Shown piece after piece: positions 39,433 to 53,054 of a stretch of 64,000 bases of DNA (position 1 is its first letter; every line of letters begins with the position of its first letter). The notes below the pieces were generated by a model. That model saw only the letters and a program-made list of their open reading frames with translations, searched no databases and had not been told where the DNA came from. Both the position numbers and the translations under genes were made by a program. Source of the DNA: Eledone cirrhosa. Its lineage: Eukaryota. The stretch spans positions 148,056,001 to 148,120,000 of the forward strand of contig OZ024742.1 of the NCBI GenBank assembly GCA_964016885.1. The letters are read 5' to 3'.

Positions 39433-40049
39433 TTTCGGGCTGTGAATGGGATTTCGGCTTTGTTGTTATTGTTGTTCTTGTCCGAAGATAGATACATTGA
39501 TAGATATACTTAAAATGATAACTATAAATTGACAGCGAGGGACACAGATAGACAGGAAGACAGGCAAACAGATAGAGAGGTAGGTAAGTAGATATATAGA
39601 TAGACCAGTAGGTAGGTAGATAGATAGAGATACAGATATGTAGGGAGGTAGAGAGCCATATGCTGTCATTTTAGGTATACATGGCAGCCTATTTTTGATA
39701 CCTTTCAATCAGACGCCATATCATCAACCACAACTCGCCCCACAGATTGAGGGGTCTCTTGAAGATCCGACAGCCTCAAAGCACTGGTGCACTTTTCTGG
39801 TGCACGATTGCTGTAGACCAGTCCGCGAAACTGCAGAAAAAATAGGTATATTTTTGTCTATTATTTCCTCATTTATAATTTGATAGATAGTTCTGATTAG
39901 AGGATTATTTTAATTCTTTCGGTCATTGAGCAAAACTGGTCAAGGCGGAACACCACACACACATTTGTATAATATCTGTGTGTATGTATCTTATTACTAT
40001 ATATATATAATTCATAGTGAGCAGTCTTACTATATAGTCAATAATTTAA

Positions 40050-40228
40050 TTATTTCTACTTTTAGCACAAGGCCAGCAATTATCCAGTGCATTACTGGTA
40101 CTTTATTTTATCGACCTCGTAAGGATGAAAGTCAAAGTTAACTTCGACAGGATTTTAACTCAGGATAGCAAGGGCCGTAACTCTATGCGTCAAAGCATGG
40201 TGTCCGACTCTCTACCGATACTGCCAAA
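40050..40228 (-). mobile_element. SINE
   Basis: Consensus match; flanked by AATAATTTAAT duplication. Confidence 0.88.
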
Positions 40229-40702
40229 ATAATTTAATGGTCAGTAATTAGAGGTGTTTCCTTGCAAACAAGAAAGAACGATGTCTACCGTTCCTTTACG
40301 ATATCAGTGAAAACTATTGAAATAATTAAAAACTATTGAAATAATTATATAGAATGTATATCTTATTTCGTATTAATACATCGGTTCTATTCTAGCATTA
40401 CATGATTCCATTTAAAGCTATATATCATTTTTTTTCGAACGTAAACACGCGGTTCAATACTTCATCCCCATGGTCACAAAGTCGATAGAATATCGACCTA
40501 TAACCTAATTAGAAACTAAAATTCACAGTATTGAACAAACATTGGAAAAACAACAAACGAAAAAAATCAAACAAAAAAACCAAAGCAAAAAAAAAGTAAA
40601 ATGATAAAACAGACACAACACACACATACATGTATATACAATGTACATATGTATGTATGTATCTATGTATGTATGTATGTATGTGTGTATGTATGTATGG
40701 CC

Positions 40703-41098
40703 TCTTAGCCTTTGTCAAGGCAGAATTCTAGGAGAAGGAAAACTCTGATATAACACCTGCAACCCTGATGGTATCCAATGATGTTGACTTGTTCTTCTTT
40801 TTGGTAAATATCATCTTGGTTAAGAGAGTGGGACTGGCTTTGTGCAGTGCCTTTGCTCACTATAAAAGCTTCACGGCACAGGCATTGCTTTATATCTGGA
40901 GATCTCTCTGCACTTGTCGTCACATGGTACCATGGGGCCAGCACTATGTGTCAATAATTGTCAGAAGTGTAGTGTTTGTACCAGAGTTTTCAAGTCGCTG
41001 GCTGGACTAAAAAGTCACACTCGTTCAGCGCATCGGTAGGGGTTCTCCTACATGGATATAAAGTAGTGGCCGTACTCGAAAACGAGTTGGCAGCCACC
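40703..41098 (+). mobile_element. Bipartite RTE-like retroposon, copy 2
   Basis: Near-identical to 15370-15762; (TATG)n on both sides. Confidence 0.8.
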
Positions 41099-41633
41099 AT
41101 GTATGTATGTATGTATGTATGTATGTATGTACGTACGTACGTACGTATGTATGTATGTATGTAGGTAGGTAGGTAGGTATGTATGTATGTATGTACGTAT
41201 GTATGTATGAATGTACGTATGTACGTATGTATGTATGAATGTATGAAGGTGTGTGGTTTATGATTAGGGTATTCGGCTTACAATCGTAAGGTCATGAGTT
41301 CGATTTTCGGTTGTGCGTTGTGTCCTTGAGCAAGGCACTTTATTTCACACTGCTCCAGTCCACTCAGCTGGCAAACATGAGTTGTACGTGTAATTCGAAG
41401 GGCCAGCCTTGTCACATTCCGTGTCACACTGAATCTCCCTGAGAACTACGTTAAGGGTACGCGTATCTGGAATGCTCAGCCACTTGCAACTTAATTTCAC
41501 GAGCAGGCTGTTCCGTTGATAGGATCAACTGGAACACTCGTCGTCGTAACTGACGGAGTACCACAAAAATATATGTATGTATGTGTGTATGTATGTATGT
41601 ATGTATGTATGTATGTATGTATGTATGTATGTA

Positions 41634-42270
41634 TGTCAGGTCACCAGTTGGTGCTACTAATGTCAGGTCACCAGCTGGTGCTACTGGTAACATGTATCCC
41701 AGTACAACCTGTCTCATGGTCGGGTCGTTGGCGACTAAACTGGCAACCCCACCAAGGTTTCTTGGTGAGGAGGGTGACTTTGGACATCCTGCAGGACTAA
41801 AAACAAAACCTGTCAAAGAGCAAAGGAGCTTTTAAGAGTCAATGGCCATCCAAAATCACCGGGAGAGATGACCCCCTTAGCCTTTGTCAAGGCAGAATTC
41901 TAGGAGAAGGAAAACTCTGATATAACACCTGCAACCCTGATGGTATCCAATGATGTTGACTTGTTCTTCTTTTTGGTAAATATCATCTTGGTTAAGAGAG
42001 TGGGACTGGCTTTGTGCAGTGCCTTTGCTCACTATAAAAGCTTCACGGCACAGGCATTGCTTTATATCTGGAGATCTCTCTGCACTTGTCGTCACATGGT
42101 ACCATGGGACCAGCACTATGTGTCAATAATTGTCAGAAGTGTAGTGTTTGTACCAGAGTTTTCAAGTCGCTGGCTGAACTAAAACGTCACACTCGTTCAG
42201 CGCATCGGTAGGAGTTCTCCTACATGGATATAAAGTAGTGGCCGTACTCGAAAACGAGTTGGCAGCCACC
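41634..42270 (+). mobile_element. Bipartite RTE-like retroposon, copy 3 (longest)
   Basis: Extends furthest 5'; 27-bp duplicated 5' end (TGTCAGGTCACCAG.TGGTGCTACT); (TATG)n on both sides. Confidence 0.8.
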
Positions 42271-42319
42271 ATGTATGTATGTATGTATGTATGTATGTAT
42301 GTATGTATGTATGTATGTA

Positions 42320-42392
<73 letters not shown>

Positions 42393-42879
42393 ATGTATGA
42401 ATGTATGTATGTATGTATGTATGTGGACGGTTAAAATGTTGGCTTCGCAATCACAAGGTCCTGAGCCCGATACCAACGAATTTGGATCGACGGAAACTGC
42501 TTGGAAGTCTACAGGAACAGTAATACAGCACAATGCCAGCTGCATTGTGCTGTATTTCACGTATCTGTGAAATGCTCAACTACCAGCACCTTAATTTCAC
42601 GGGAGGCTGTTCTGTTGATCGACTAGCTAAAACATTCATTGATGAAAGCAAGAGATTGATATTTAAGTACTTATATAGTCTAGAAATAATTAACATGGGT
42701 ATTAATAATTATGAAGGATGAAGTAGAATTAACAAATTAGTAAGATGGGATAGAGGCCAAAATTAATTATTAACATAGATACTGGCTTGACAAACAAGTA
42801 AACAAATTAAGTAAAAAGGATCAATAAAGCAAAATAAAATGAAATAAAATAAATTAAGTTGGGACATGGTATGGTATGG

Positions 42880-43190
42880 ACCCGTTACTCCCGAGGGAGT
42901 CGTAGGGGCGCCATGTTGACACACGGCGTTTCTAGAGTATTTAAAAAAAATATCGCGGAGCCCATCTCTTCACCAGGTCTGAATACATCAGATTTCTTCC
43001 AGAGAAAGATAATGGAAGTATAGAGGAAGAATCGAACCCAGTACTTGACTGGTTCTTTTTTTTTTATCGACCATGAATAGATGAAAGGCAAAGTTGACCG
43101 TGGCGGGATTTGAACTCAGAGAACAGAGAGCCCAAATGAATACTACAAAACATTCTATCTGACGTTCTAACGACTCTGCCAATTCGCCGT
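42880..43190 (-). mobile_element. Long-tailed SINE family (also 59380-59700 + and 60545-60870 +)
   Basis: Same tRNA head and core, but a different 3' half (GGAAGAAATCTG...GGCGCCCCTACGAC...GAGT.ACGG) ending in CCATAC/CATA repeats. Confidence 0.75.
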
Positions 43191-43381
43191 CTAAGCTGCG
43201 ACATATCTTCGCTTAAAAAAATAGTGCAATAATCAATGTTGTCATACTATTTATTATCAGTTCATTTCTATGATTTAAGAGCCTTCGTGGGGACATAGTG
43301 AACTCGCAAGCTAAAGAAGATAGAGGCAAGAGACTTCGATGGTGTTCCAATGACCCATAAAAATTATAAAGCATTTAATTA

Positions 43382-43973
43382 CCGTATATATTCGTGTAAA
43401 AGTCGATTCCATGTAAAAATCGAATCCCTATTTTCGAAACCAAAATGTTGATTTTTTCCACATATCTCATGTAAAAGTCGGCCCTAGATAACAGAACAAC
43501 ATTTGTAAATCAATACATTATCTTATACAGAAATTTTACGATGAGGAAATTAATATTTCTATTAATTTATGTTCTGATGTATGCATATGGAATGTTAGTT
43601 TATGAGTTACGAGGCATTGTGTATGTGTTTTAGTAGCGAGGAGTTGGTTTCGATACATAAACATATCTGCATTTCATCCTTACGAGGTCGATAAAATAAA
43701 ACACCAGTAATGCACTGGGGTCGATTTAATCAACTTTCCCCTCCACTTCAAATTGCTGGCCTTGTGTCTAAAGTAGAAACAATTATTACTGTAATTCATT
43801 GTTTTACTTTTTTCCATTTAAAGTCTATTTGATCTTCTTATGATCAATACGGTATTTTGGATTGTAGTGTGAATTCCAGCCCCACGAAAATAGTATCTTT
43901 GTAACAGTCGACCTTATAACTTTAAACTGAAAAAATAGTCTAACAAATTCGATATTTACATGAATATATACAA
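43382..43973. mobile_element. Tc1/mariner (pogo/Tigger-like) MITE with an internal SINE (43668-43787)
   Basis: TA|CCGTATATATTCGTGTAAA ... TTTACATGAATATATACAA|TA imperfect TIRs with TA flanks and repeated TGTAAAAGTCG subterminal motifs. Confidence 0.65.
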
Positions 43974-44320
43974 TATTCATTTCCTGTATTCTAGAAATGA
44001 ATCTAAAGAGTTAGGAGCAAACTTAATTTTTTCTTTGGGCGTATTTCATTTTATTTAGACTGCTGATTTATACGTAGTTGTGTTTCAGATTTCACAGTTC
44101 AGGTCTACATTGTGTATCTATCATTTTGTTTCAAGTCGATAGGGTTAGATTTGAGGGAATTTGGCAGTTATTTCTTGCAATTCGTATGATCGCTTTTTTT
44201 GTAGATGGTGGCAATGTTAACATCGTTCTACAGTTGAGGTACATATGTCTGGTGCCACACTTCTGTGATGTAGCGTCACACACCCACACACAAAGACACA
44301 TACACACACACGCACACAAA

Positions 44321-44434
<114 letters not shown>

Positions 44435-44933
44435 AGCACACATATACATATATACTAATACGCACAAAGACACAAAAGCACACATAGACACGTACAAACA
44501 CACATAAATACATACATACACACATGTGTGTGAGAGTGATCATACAGTGTAATTATATTTAAATAGCTTGTTTGTTAGAGAACGCTACAAACAGGTTGGC
44601 TTCAGATATGCACACAGGCGCACACACACATGTACGCACGCACACACATGCACGCACACATACATACATACACACACTAACACACACACACACACGCACG
44701 CACAAACGGACACACAATATGAAGGAGCTTCAACGTGGTCACTCGATCTGCCAGAAAATGCAGTCTTTAAATCCCAACTTGGAAAAAAAACTACTAAACA
44801 AAAACAAAAGCAAAAGAAACCTCGCCATGTCAACTATTATAACTGTGTTTACATTGAGGGAGAATTCTAAACCGTTTTAACTGACTCATAAATCTCAAAT
44901 TTCGCTCTTCGTTTCACATATGCATACATACAT

Positions 44934-45015
<82 letters not shown>

Positions 45016-45031
45016 GTGTGTGTATGTATAC

Positions 45032-45074
<43 letters not shown>

Positions 45075-45654
45075 ATATATATAGTAGGGAATTTAAATCG
45101 AATTTTTGACATAAGCACAGATGCCAACGTGAATTATTGATTTCACTTCCAATATAACTGCTCTACAACAACCAGAACCACCTGTGAGAAATCAGTTTTG
45201 GAGCATATCATATCGATTCGTTCACTTGTCAGCAGTACCCATGTAGAACGAACAGCTGTATAACAATCAAAGAAACATAAGAATTCCAACAGTTTAACAA
45301 AGAAGGAGTTAAGATACTTAGATTCTTCTTCACGCGGACCAAAATATTTTGGTTTCGACCCTCGAAAACATTTGTCAACCACAATTATTAAAGATTGATT
45401 ATGGCAAACTAGGAATACGGGATCCTATCAGCAGGTAGTTCTACAAGCCAAATAATTCTGTCTAACATTGAGGCCAGAGGTACAACTGCTCCCTACAGTT
45501 GCCAGGCAGGAAAAGGGCTATTGAGTAAATAGGCCAGAGGAGGCTGGAAATAGCAGCAGCTCACTTAGCCTATCAAAAAGCAGCTCACCCTTCTTGACCT
45601 AGGCCCAAAGCCCAATCACCCCCCTCCCTGGCCCCTCCCCTCTCTTTTGCGACA

Positions 45655-46138
45655 CTTTACAGGTAGGAGGATGATGAACCATCTCCTAGAGATCACCATT
45701 TTTGGAGGCAATCATCAAGGAGAAATGCATTTATTCCCAAGATTCCTCTTATTTCTTTCTCTACCGAGCTGCCGTTCAAATTCTCAAGACTTCTGTTCCC
45801 TGTTAGAGCCAGTTTTGCTATGACCGTACATAAAGCCCAGGCTTAGAGTCTCTAAGTTGTAGAATTGAATATGAGAGAATCAGTTTTTACCCATAGTCAG
45901 TTATATGAAGGTTGTTCACGAGTGGAAACACCTAGAAATCTTCATATACTATGCACGAACGGTAAAACGAAGAATCTGGTGTATCTGGAAGATTTGTTTA
46001 CTGTTTATTTTTTTGTAACACACATCACGGTCTCACCTCATACTGTAAACCAGACAAACATCCAATGCAGCCATTTTCTCTTCTACCTGTCTTCTCTTAT
46101 CATCTGTTTACCCGGGCGAAACTGGGTACGTCAGCTAG
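45655..46138 (+). mobile_element. Helitron 3' fragment with Pif1 helicase C-terminal motifs
   Basis: FIPKIPLI, LPFKFSRLLFPVRASFAMTVHKAQ, VFTHSQLY.GCSRV, NGKTKNLVY; hairpin + CTAG at 46135-46138. Confidence 0.88.
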
Positions 46139-46259
46139 TATAATATATTTTAGTTCTGTACATTACATAGAACGCTTTCTTCCTTGATCTATTTCTTCGT
46201 AAACTCATGGAACTATGTATATGTACTTATATATATGTATATGTACTTATATATATATA

Positions 46260-46961
46260 TATTTATTAAAATAACAGATTAAAGTTTAAGCAAAGAATCG
46301 CTGCTTTCACCCTTAACGGCCTCTTCTGAAACTAACAAAGTCAATCTGTAAACGCAGAAGTGAATATTTCAAAAAACGTTGCAACCGGAGGAAGACAGGA
46401 AGACGATACTTTGGTTCGTGGAAACGTTCCCTGGCAAAGAACGGGAAAAAACGAATATAATACGTCATTATTTGGAGCGGTGAAAAACAATTACACGCAA
46501 AGACAAAACCCCGTTTATGGTATAAAAGAAGTCGTAGACTAATATTCTATTAGGTGGTTCATAGAGACGTTCTCTGGCAATGAACAGAAAAAACGAAGAT
46601 AATACGTTATATGTGGAGCGGAGAGAACAATTGCACGCAAAGACAAAACCACGTAAATGGTATAACTGAAGTCGTAGACTAAAATTCTAACTAGGAAACC
46701 GAATGATACTCGGCTTCAGAATTAAGAATAAAGTAAATAAAATACAGAGGTAAATGAAATTAAATAAATACATACACGCATCCATATACGTACATACACA
46801 AGCATACGCGAAAACACTCGCCATAGGTACACAAATACACGCACGTACCCCCCCCCCCCCCCCAAAAAAAAAACGCACGCACATACATAACCCACGCAAC
46901 GCCTGTACCCGCATGCATACGAATGTATATACCAAATACACATAATAATATATATAAAAAA

Positions 46962-46994
<33 letters not shown>

Positions 46995-48590
46995 CGTGTA
47001 TACATATAATCAAATAAACGTATATAAATAAATAAATACGTATATAACAAGCGCACACACAAACCTACATGTAAATACACTTATGTTCGGAGACGACCGT
47101 CAACCAAAACATGAAGTACACATATACACACACCCTACATACGTACGAACCCGCATACTCACACAGACGCAAAACTCACGTATACACATAACCAAAAGCA
47201 TATGTACCAGAATATATAATATATACGCCATAACATATACAATCAAATATACGTACGAGAAAGTATACGTACCTTCACAAAACATACAGGTAATATATAC
47301 TTACCTATACAAATAAGTAATGGTATAAACATAACATACTTAGCTACCACATCAAGACGTAAAATATCCGCGTATAGTTCGTACTATCCGTTAGGGTATA
47401 ATGTGGGGCTGTAATACAGGAAAGTTTTGTGCAATTTATGTTTACAAGCCGAAATTGCCTCCGATTTTTTGTTTAAGATGTGGTCTTTGGCGTAGAGTAT
47501 TTCCAGGGCCTCAGCGGCGCAGAGGTCACATGGTCTTTTATTTTCGTTATGCGATCTAGCCCTAGCTAGGATCTCCCAGTGTAACTTATATTGGGTCTGG
47601 TTGTCTTTTAGACTCCAGATATAAGCTGAAAGTGACGTCATATTCCTTCTTAAAGGGTAACGAAAAGAATGGGTATGCATGTAAAGACGCTGCTTGAATC
47701 TATTGGCGGTTAACCCTATGTAGGCCCTACGGGACGTGTGTGTTTCAACCTTACATTTGTAGACAATGTTACTAGAGAGGCATTTCCCGGATAGGGGGCA
47801 GTCAACCCGATTCCTACAATTACAGTTAGTACTAGCTACAGGGTTGCACGTGTTCCTACGGCTAGGTAGTTTAGCTAAATTTGAAGCTGTGATGTTATGT
47901 GCAAGGTTAGGAGTCGTAAAGTAAGACATTTTAATAGTATTTCTATTAAAAATTTTACTATATTTATGTGTAGGGGGAAAATGCTTCATAATTGTTTCTA
48001 CTTTAGGCACAAGGCCAGCAAATTACCCAGTACATTACTGGTACTTTATTTTATCGACCCCGTAAGGATGAAAGGCAAAGTTAACCTCGGCGGGATTTGA
48101 ACTCAGACTGTAAAGGGACGTAACTATGCTAGAAAGCATGGCGTCCAACCCTCTACCGATACTGCCAACTTCATAATAAAGGAGAGAAAGATCTTAGCTA
48201 AAGGTTTGGCCACCTCCATATTATATGGTGGGTTATACCATATAATGCGTCGGGATCTATTTCTTCTAGGTCTATTCTCGTACTCTGTATATGCTACCTT
48301 ATCGACAAATCCACACCGAGAAAGAGCTTCATTGTAATATGTGGAATGGTCGTTGAAAATATGCTCGTTAGTAGATAGACGGGAAAGCCTCAGAGAAACG
48401 TTACTTCACCATCATCACTCGTCGACTACTGTCGAGATGATGGATCTCACTCTCATGCCCCAGAATCCCCTGTCCCCCATCGCTGCCCCCAGGTCCTGTC
48501 TGGTGATTCCCGTATCCCTAGAGTTCTTAGTTATGCTGGCAGGATGGTTAGAATGCTTAAAAATGTGTGAAACGCAGCAAAGCGCGGGTA
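46260..48590 (-). mobile_element. Penelope-like element (same family as 4735-5940), decayed
   Basis: SNHPASITKN (~48540), RRIIWYNPPY (~48240), then the GIY-YIG ORF to 47384, 3' UTR, and pLTR at 46260-46735. Confidence 0.9.
47992..48168 (-). mobile_element. SINE inserted in the Penelope ORF
   Basis: 9-bp TSD ATTATGAAG; removing the insert restores ...IFLSFIMKHFPPTHKY. Confidence 0.9.
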
Positions 48591-48599
48591 ATTCGGTTA

Positions 48600-48687
<88 letters not shown>

Positions 48688-48699
48688 ATATATATGTAT

Positions 48700-48847
48700 A
48701 TTATGAGCACTCTATTGACTTATATTCATCATGCAGAAACAACATCTGAATATTTCTACAAAGAACATACCCGTACCAAGCAGGAAAACATACCTAAAAC
48801 TCCTGATACAGAAAACAGACGCGTTCATGAAAAGGTTACGTTGTAAG
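48700..48847 (+). pseudogene. Penelope ORF N-terminus, opposite in orientation to the adjacent element
   Basis: ISTKNIPVPSRKTYLKLLIQKTDAFMKRLR resembles the conserved S.KNIP.P...Y...L..K...F..R.RW start of Penelope ORFs. Confidence 0.65.
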
Positions 48848-48849
48848 AA

Positions 48850-49431
48850 AATTATGATTGATTTTAAATCAGTGATATAATTTATGGAGAAAAAAACTCT
48901 GCATTTCAATATTATTCAATGTAAAATGTAATGCTTGAAAAATTGGAAAACATTATTTTTTGTAATATATCTAATCAAAGTTACATACTAAATCTTATTC
49001 TTATTTTTTTCAAAATATCAATTGAAAACTTTTGTAAATAGGCATCATATCTTATCATTTACCTATGGTTTAAATTTCATATAAATCGAAAGGAAACAAT
49101 TTTCAGCGGGGGGGTTTGTGCCTCCCGGGGAACCCTAATAGAGGGTTTAGCCCCCATTAGGGTGTCTTAATATTACTGAAATTTGCTGAAATTTTATGAA
49201 TCCGCATCATATCTTGTCATATACCCATGGTTTAAATTTCATAAAGGGAAAATCTTTTAGGGGGGTTTTCAGCGGGGTTTTGTGCTCCCGGGGAATCCTT
49301 TGATTAAAATAAAATATACTTATCCAAGTACCCTGGGCAATGTAGTTTCAGAATATATATGGTTATGGGGGTCTATCTCCAAAACCATAGGTGGAGTTCG
49401 TGAACAAACAAACAAACGGACAGGAACTACA

Positions 49432-49440
<9 letters not shown>
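48850..49440 (-). mobile_element. Non-autonomous Helitron/Helentron-like element
   Basis: On the - strand begins TATATAAAGTTG...TGTCCGTTTGTTTGTTTG, with an internal duplication (GCATCATATCTT.TCAT.TACC.ATGGTTTAAATTTCAT twice). Confidence 0.45.
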
Positions 49441-49520
<80 letters not shown>

Positions 49521-49548
49521 AAATGTGTGAAATCTCTGGTACAGTTAG

Positions 49549-49909
49549 GTATATTTAAAAAAAGGAAAAGAATGACTTCACTTGTAGTTCTAAAAAATTT
49601 GATTTAATTTTATAATATTTATAATTTTACAATTTGGTTTTGTAGATCTAGTAAGTTCTTTGTTAACTTCGGTGGGGACATTTTTAAAGACTCCTGGTTA
49701 ACTTTCCTGATTGACAAATCGCCACCGACGAATGCGAGAAAGTTCTCCAGGAAAGTTAACCAGGAATCTTTACAAATCTCCCCACCGAAGTCAACAAAGA
49801 ACTTACTAGATCTACAAAACTAAATTGTAAAATCATAATATTATAAAATTAAATCAAATTGTTTAGAACTACAAGTGATGTCATTCTTTTCCTCTTTTAA
49901 AATATATAC
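49549..49909. repeat. Foldback element, ~160-bp arms and 38-nt loop, between (TA)n tracts
   Basis: 49549-49709 is the reverse complement of 49748-49909 with scattered mismatches. Confidence 0.92.
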
Positions 49910-49911
49910 AT

Positions 49912-49988
<77 letters not shown>

Positions 49989-49989
49989 G

Positions 49990-52400
49990 TAAATGGTAAA
50001 CAGAAATAACAACACAATCGGTACAGTATATGGAAAGGATATATTAGGTTAACGCTTGATATATCAGGAAGAGGGTCTTAACGTTTCGGACGTTAGTCCT
50101 TCATCAGAAGAAAAAATGATAAATAAGATAGATTGAGGGGACGGGCGGGATGGAATTGGAAAAAATTACTTTAGATAAAAATTACAATTAGCAAAAGTAT
50201 GTTAATATAAGGGTGTGTATGTGTGTATACAGAGCAGTGAAGGGAAAAGTGGAGTGAGCATATATAGCGGCCTGTATTAGTTGTAAGAGAAGATTTTAAT
50301 GATAAAGAGAAAGCGATAAGAATCTAGGGGTGTGATAATGGATGGGGTATTAGAGAAATTGGGGAGATAAGTTGAGTCCAAGAGGGGAATAGGAACCAAG
50401 GCGGTGAATCAGACTCTGTTCTGTCCTGGTGCGCGAGGCCTGTGATCCATGATGTAAAAGGACACCCAGGACTGAAACATATAGGGAAGAATGACCATGA
50501 GGACAGAAATGACGGGCGACAGGAGTATCCAAACCGAGTCGTATGTCCCTCAAATGCTCGGCAAAACGGTCCGCCATACGGCTCCCCGTTTGCCCGATAT
50601 ATAAAGACCAGCAAAGGGAATACCGGAGGGCATAGACAACGTGGGTGGATGTGCAGGTGAACGAGTGGGGGATACAGAAAGACCCGTTAGGGCCTGTAAG
50701 AGTGGTGAGGGTAGAAATGAAGGTACAAGTGTTGCAGCGGGAACGGGAATAAGGATGAGAGCCGGGTAGAGTCGTGGGAGAGGAGGAGAAAGAACTGCGA
50801 ACCAGGAGGTCACGGAGGTTGCGGGCGCGCTTAAAAGTAGTAATGGGTGGGTTTGGAAAAAGCGAGAAGTGACGGTGTCAGAAGAGAGGATGCGGAAGGA
50901 ACGGAGGATATGCCGCCGGAGTGGTAGGGTGATGGGGTGGTAGGTGAGAGGGAAAGGAACGTAGATGGGAGGGTGGGGGTGCTGTGAGAGGGCTGTGGTG
51001 CGGTCTGTTTCAGGGGTGCGGGTGAGAACAGCTTGGATCAGGGTGTGTGTGTGGGGGGGGGGGGGTATTCACGCTGGGTGAAGCAGGAAGCCATGCGAAG
51101 GGAATGGGTTTCAAAATGTTCGTCCTGGCTACAAAGTCGACGATTACGGAGGAATTGGGAATAGGGTATGGAGTGTTTGGTGTGGGTTGGATGGGAGGAG
51201 GTGAAGTCGAGGTGAGATTGGGAGTCTGTTGGTTTAATGAAGATGGAAGTAGAGAGGGTGTGGTGAGAGTGATTAATAGATAGAGACATATCTAGAAAAG
51301 CGACAGAATAATCAGAGACGGTGAAAAGATAGGACAAAAGAAAGAAAGCCGTCGAGCTGTTCTCGTGATAGAGAGGTGGCGCCGTTACAGCCGTCGATAT
51401 AACGACCGTATAGCTCAGGAGTCGGTCCAGCATACTGGGAGAAGATCTGGGGTTCGATGTAGCCAACAAACAAGTTGGCATAGTTTGGACCCATCTGGTT
51501 CCAATCGCTACCCCAGAGACCTGCTGATAAAATTCACCAGAAAAAGAAAATCTATTGAGGCTGAGAACAAGCACAGCCAGACGGAGAAGAGTGGTAGTGC
51601 TGGGGTAAGGGGTAGGGCGTAAATCTAAAAAATGTTGGAGAGCGCGGAGGCCGTCATCATGAGGGATGACGGTATAGAGAGAAGTGATGTCCAGGGTAAA
51701 GAGAAGGCGGGAGGGACCAGGAGGGAAGGAGAAGGAGTTGAAGAGTCTAAGAGCATGATTTGTATCGTGGATGTGGGAGGGGAGATTGCTGACCAACGGG
51801 ACGAGGATGGTGTCTAAATATTCAGAAATTATCTCGGTGGGGCAGTTGCACGCAGAAACGATAGGACGGCCGGGATTATTTTGTTTGTGTATTTTGGGGC
51901 GGAAGTAGATGGTAGGTGTGCGAGGGGTGCGTACAATAAGGTTGGTGGCTGTGGGGGGTAGGAGAGAGGAGGAGATGAGCGAGCTCGAGGATGGTGGAGG
52001 AGACGAGTTGTTGGTAGCCAGGAGTGGGGTCGGGGGATAAAGGGCGGTAAAAAAGGGTATTGTGAAGCTGGCGGAGAGCCTCAGCTCTATAGAGGTCAGC
52101 ACTCCAAACCACCACAGCGCCACCTTTGTCAGCGGGTTTGATGACAATGTCATCGCGACGCCGAAGGCTGCGAAGAGCAGAGAGCTCAGTCCGTGTGATG
52201 TTAGAGCGATGAGAATGCTGATGGAAACGGAACCGATTCACAGTACACCGGCAAGTATCGACAAAGGAGTCGAGGGTGCTGGACTGGCCAGAGCTCGGCG
52301 TCCAATTGAATAGACGAGAGCGTGTGTGGCGTGTTGGGGGAAGTGGTAACACTTTGGTCCGGTAAACCAAAGGTGTAGGTTCGTATCCAATGTACGTCAA
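49990..52400 (-). mobile_element. Penelope-like element (Neptune/Poseidon-type RT + GIY-YIG), frameshifted
   Basis: IVIKPADKGGAVVV, PKIHK...PGRPIVS, FTLDITSLYT.IP, YQQVSGVAIG/MGPNYANLF, RYIDG, SHP.HTK.SIPYSQFLR.RRLCS, YIGQTG, DRFAEHLR...PVARHF. Confidence 0.92.
50077..50111 (-). ncRNA. Minimal type I hammerhead ribozyme
   Basis: UCUU-CUGAUGA-A-GGAC-UAAC-GUCC-GAAAC-GUU^AAGA in the 3' region of the PLE. Confidence 0.8.
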
Positions 52401-52725
52401 TACTCATTCTTTTTTTCCATTCAGAGGGTTTTTTAAATTCCCAACTAACAGACAAATTCTATTTAGTCAAATACGGCGTAAGCACATGTTACTACCTAAT
52501 ATAATATATATATATATAAGGAACGATCGACTTTCGTCAAATCGGACCGAGGGAACAATGTTTCCGTTGGTCTTTCCAATTGCTAATGCTATCTATCGGT
52601 CGCAACTCCAGGTAGAAGGATCAATGTGAAATAAAGTGTCTTGCTCAAGGACATAACGCATCGCCTGGTCCAGGAATCGAACTTACGATTGCGAATCCAA
52701 TTCTCTAACCACTCACCCACACGCC

Positions 52726-52860
<135 letters not shown>

Positions 52861-53054
52861 GATATTAAATAAATGGAAACTATATTTATAAAACCATATT
52901 TATTTCATTATATATATTTCAGGGATATCATATTAACAATATGCTATGCCTTCCTCAGACAAAATACAATATAGACAGTTTTATAGATAAATAGATTTGA
53001 CATACCGTTCAACATCGACTTGTATTTGAAAAGTTGATTTGGCAGTGAAAAAAC

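Noticed and set aside
45130-45640. Possible LINE C-terminal remnant sharing CTAGGCCCAAAGCCCAATCA with 21854-21873
   Set aside because: Motifs are too weak to assign a family.
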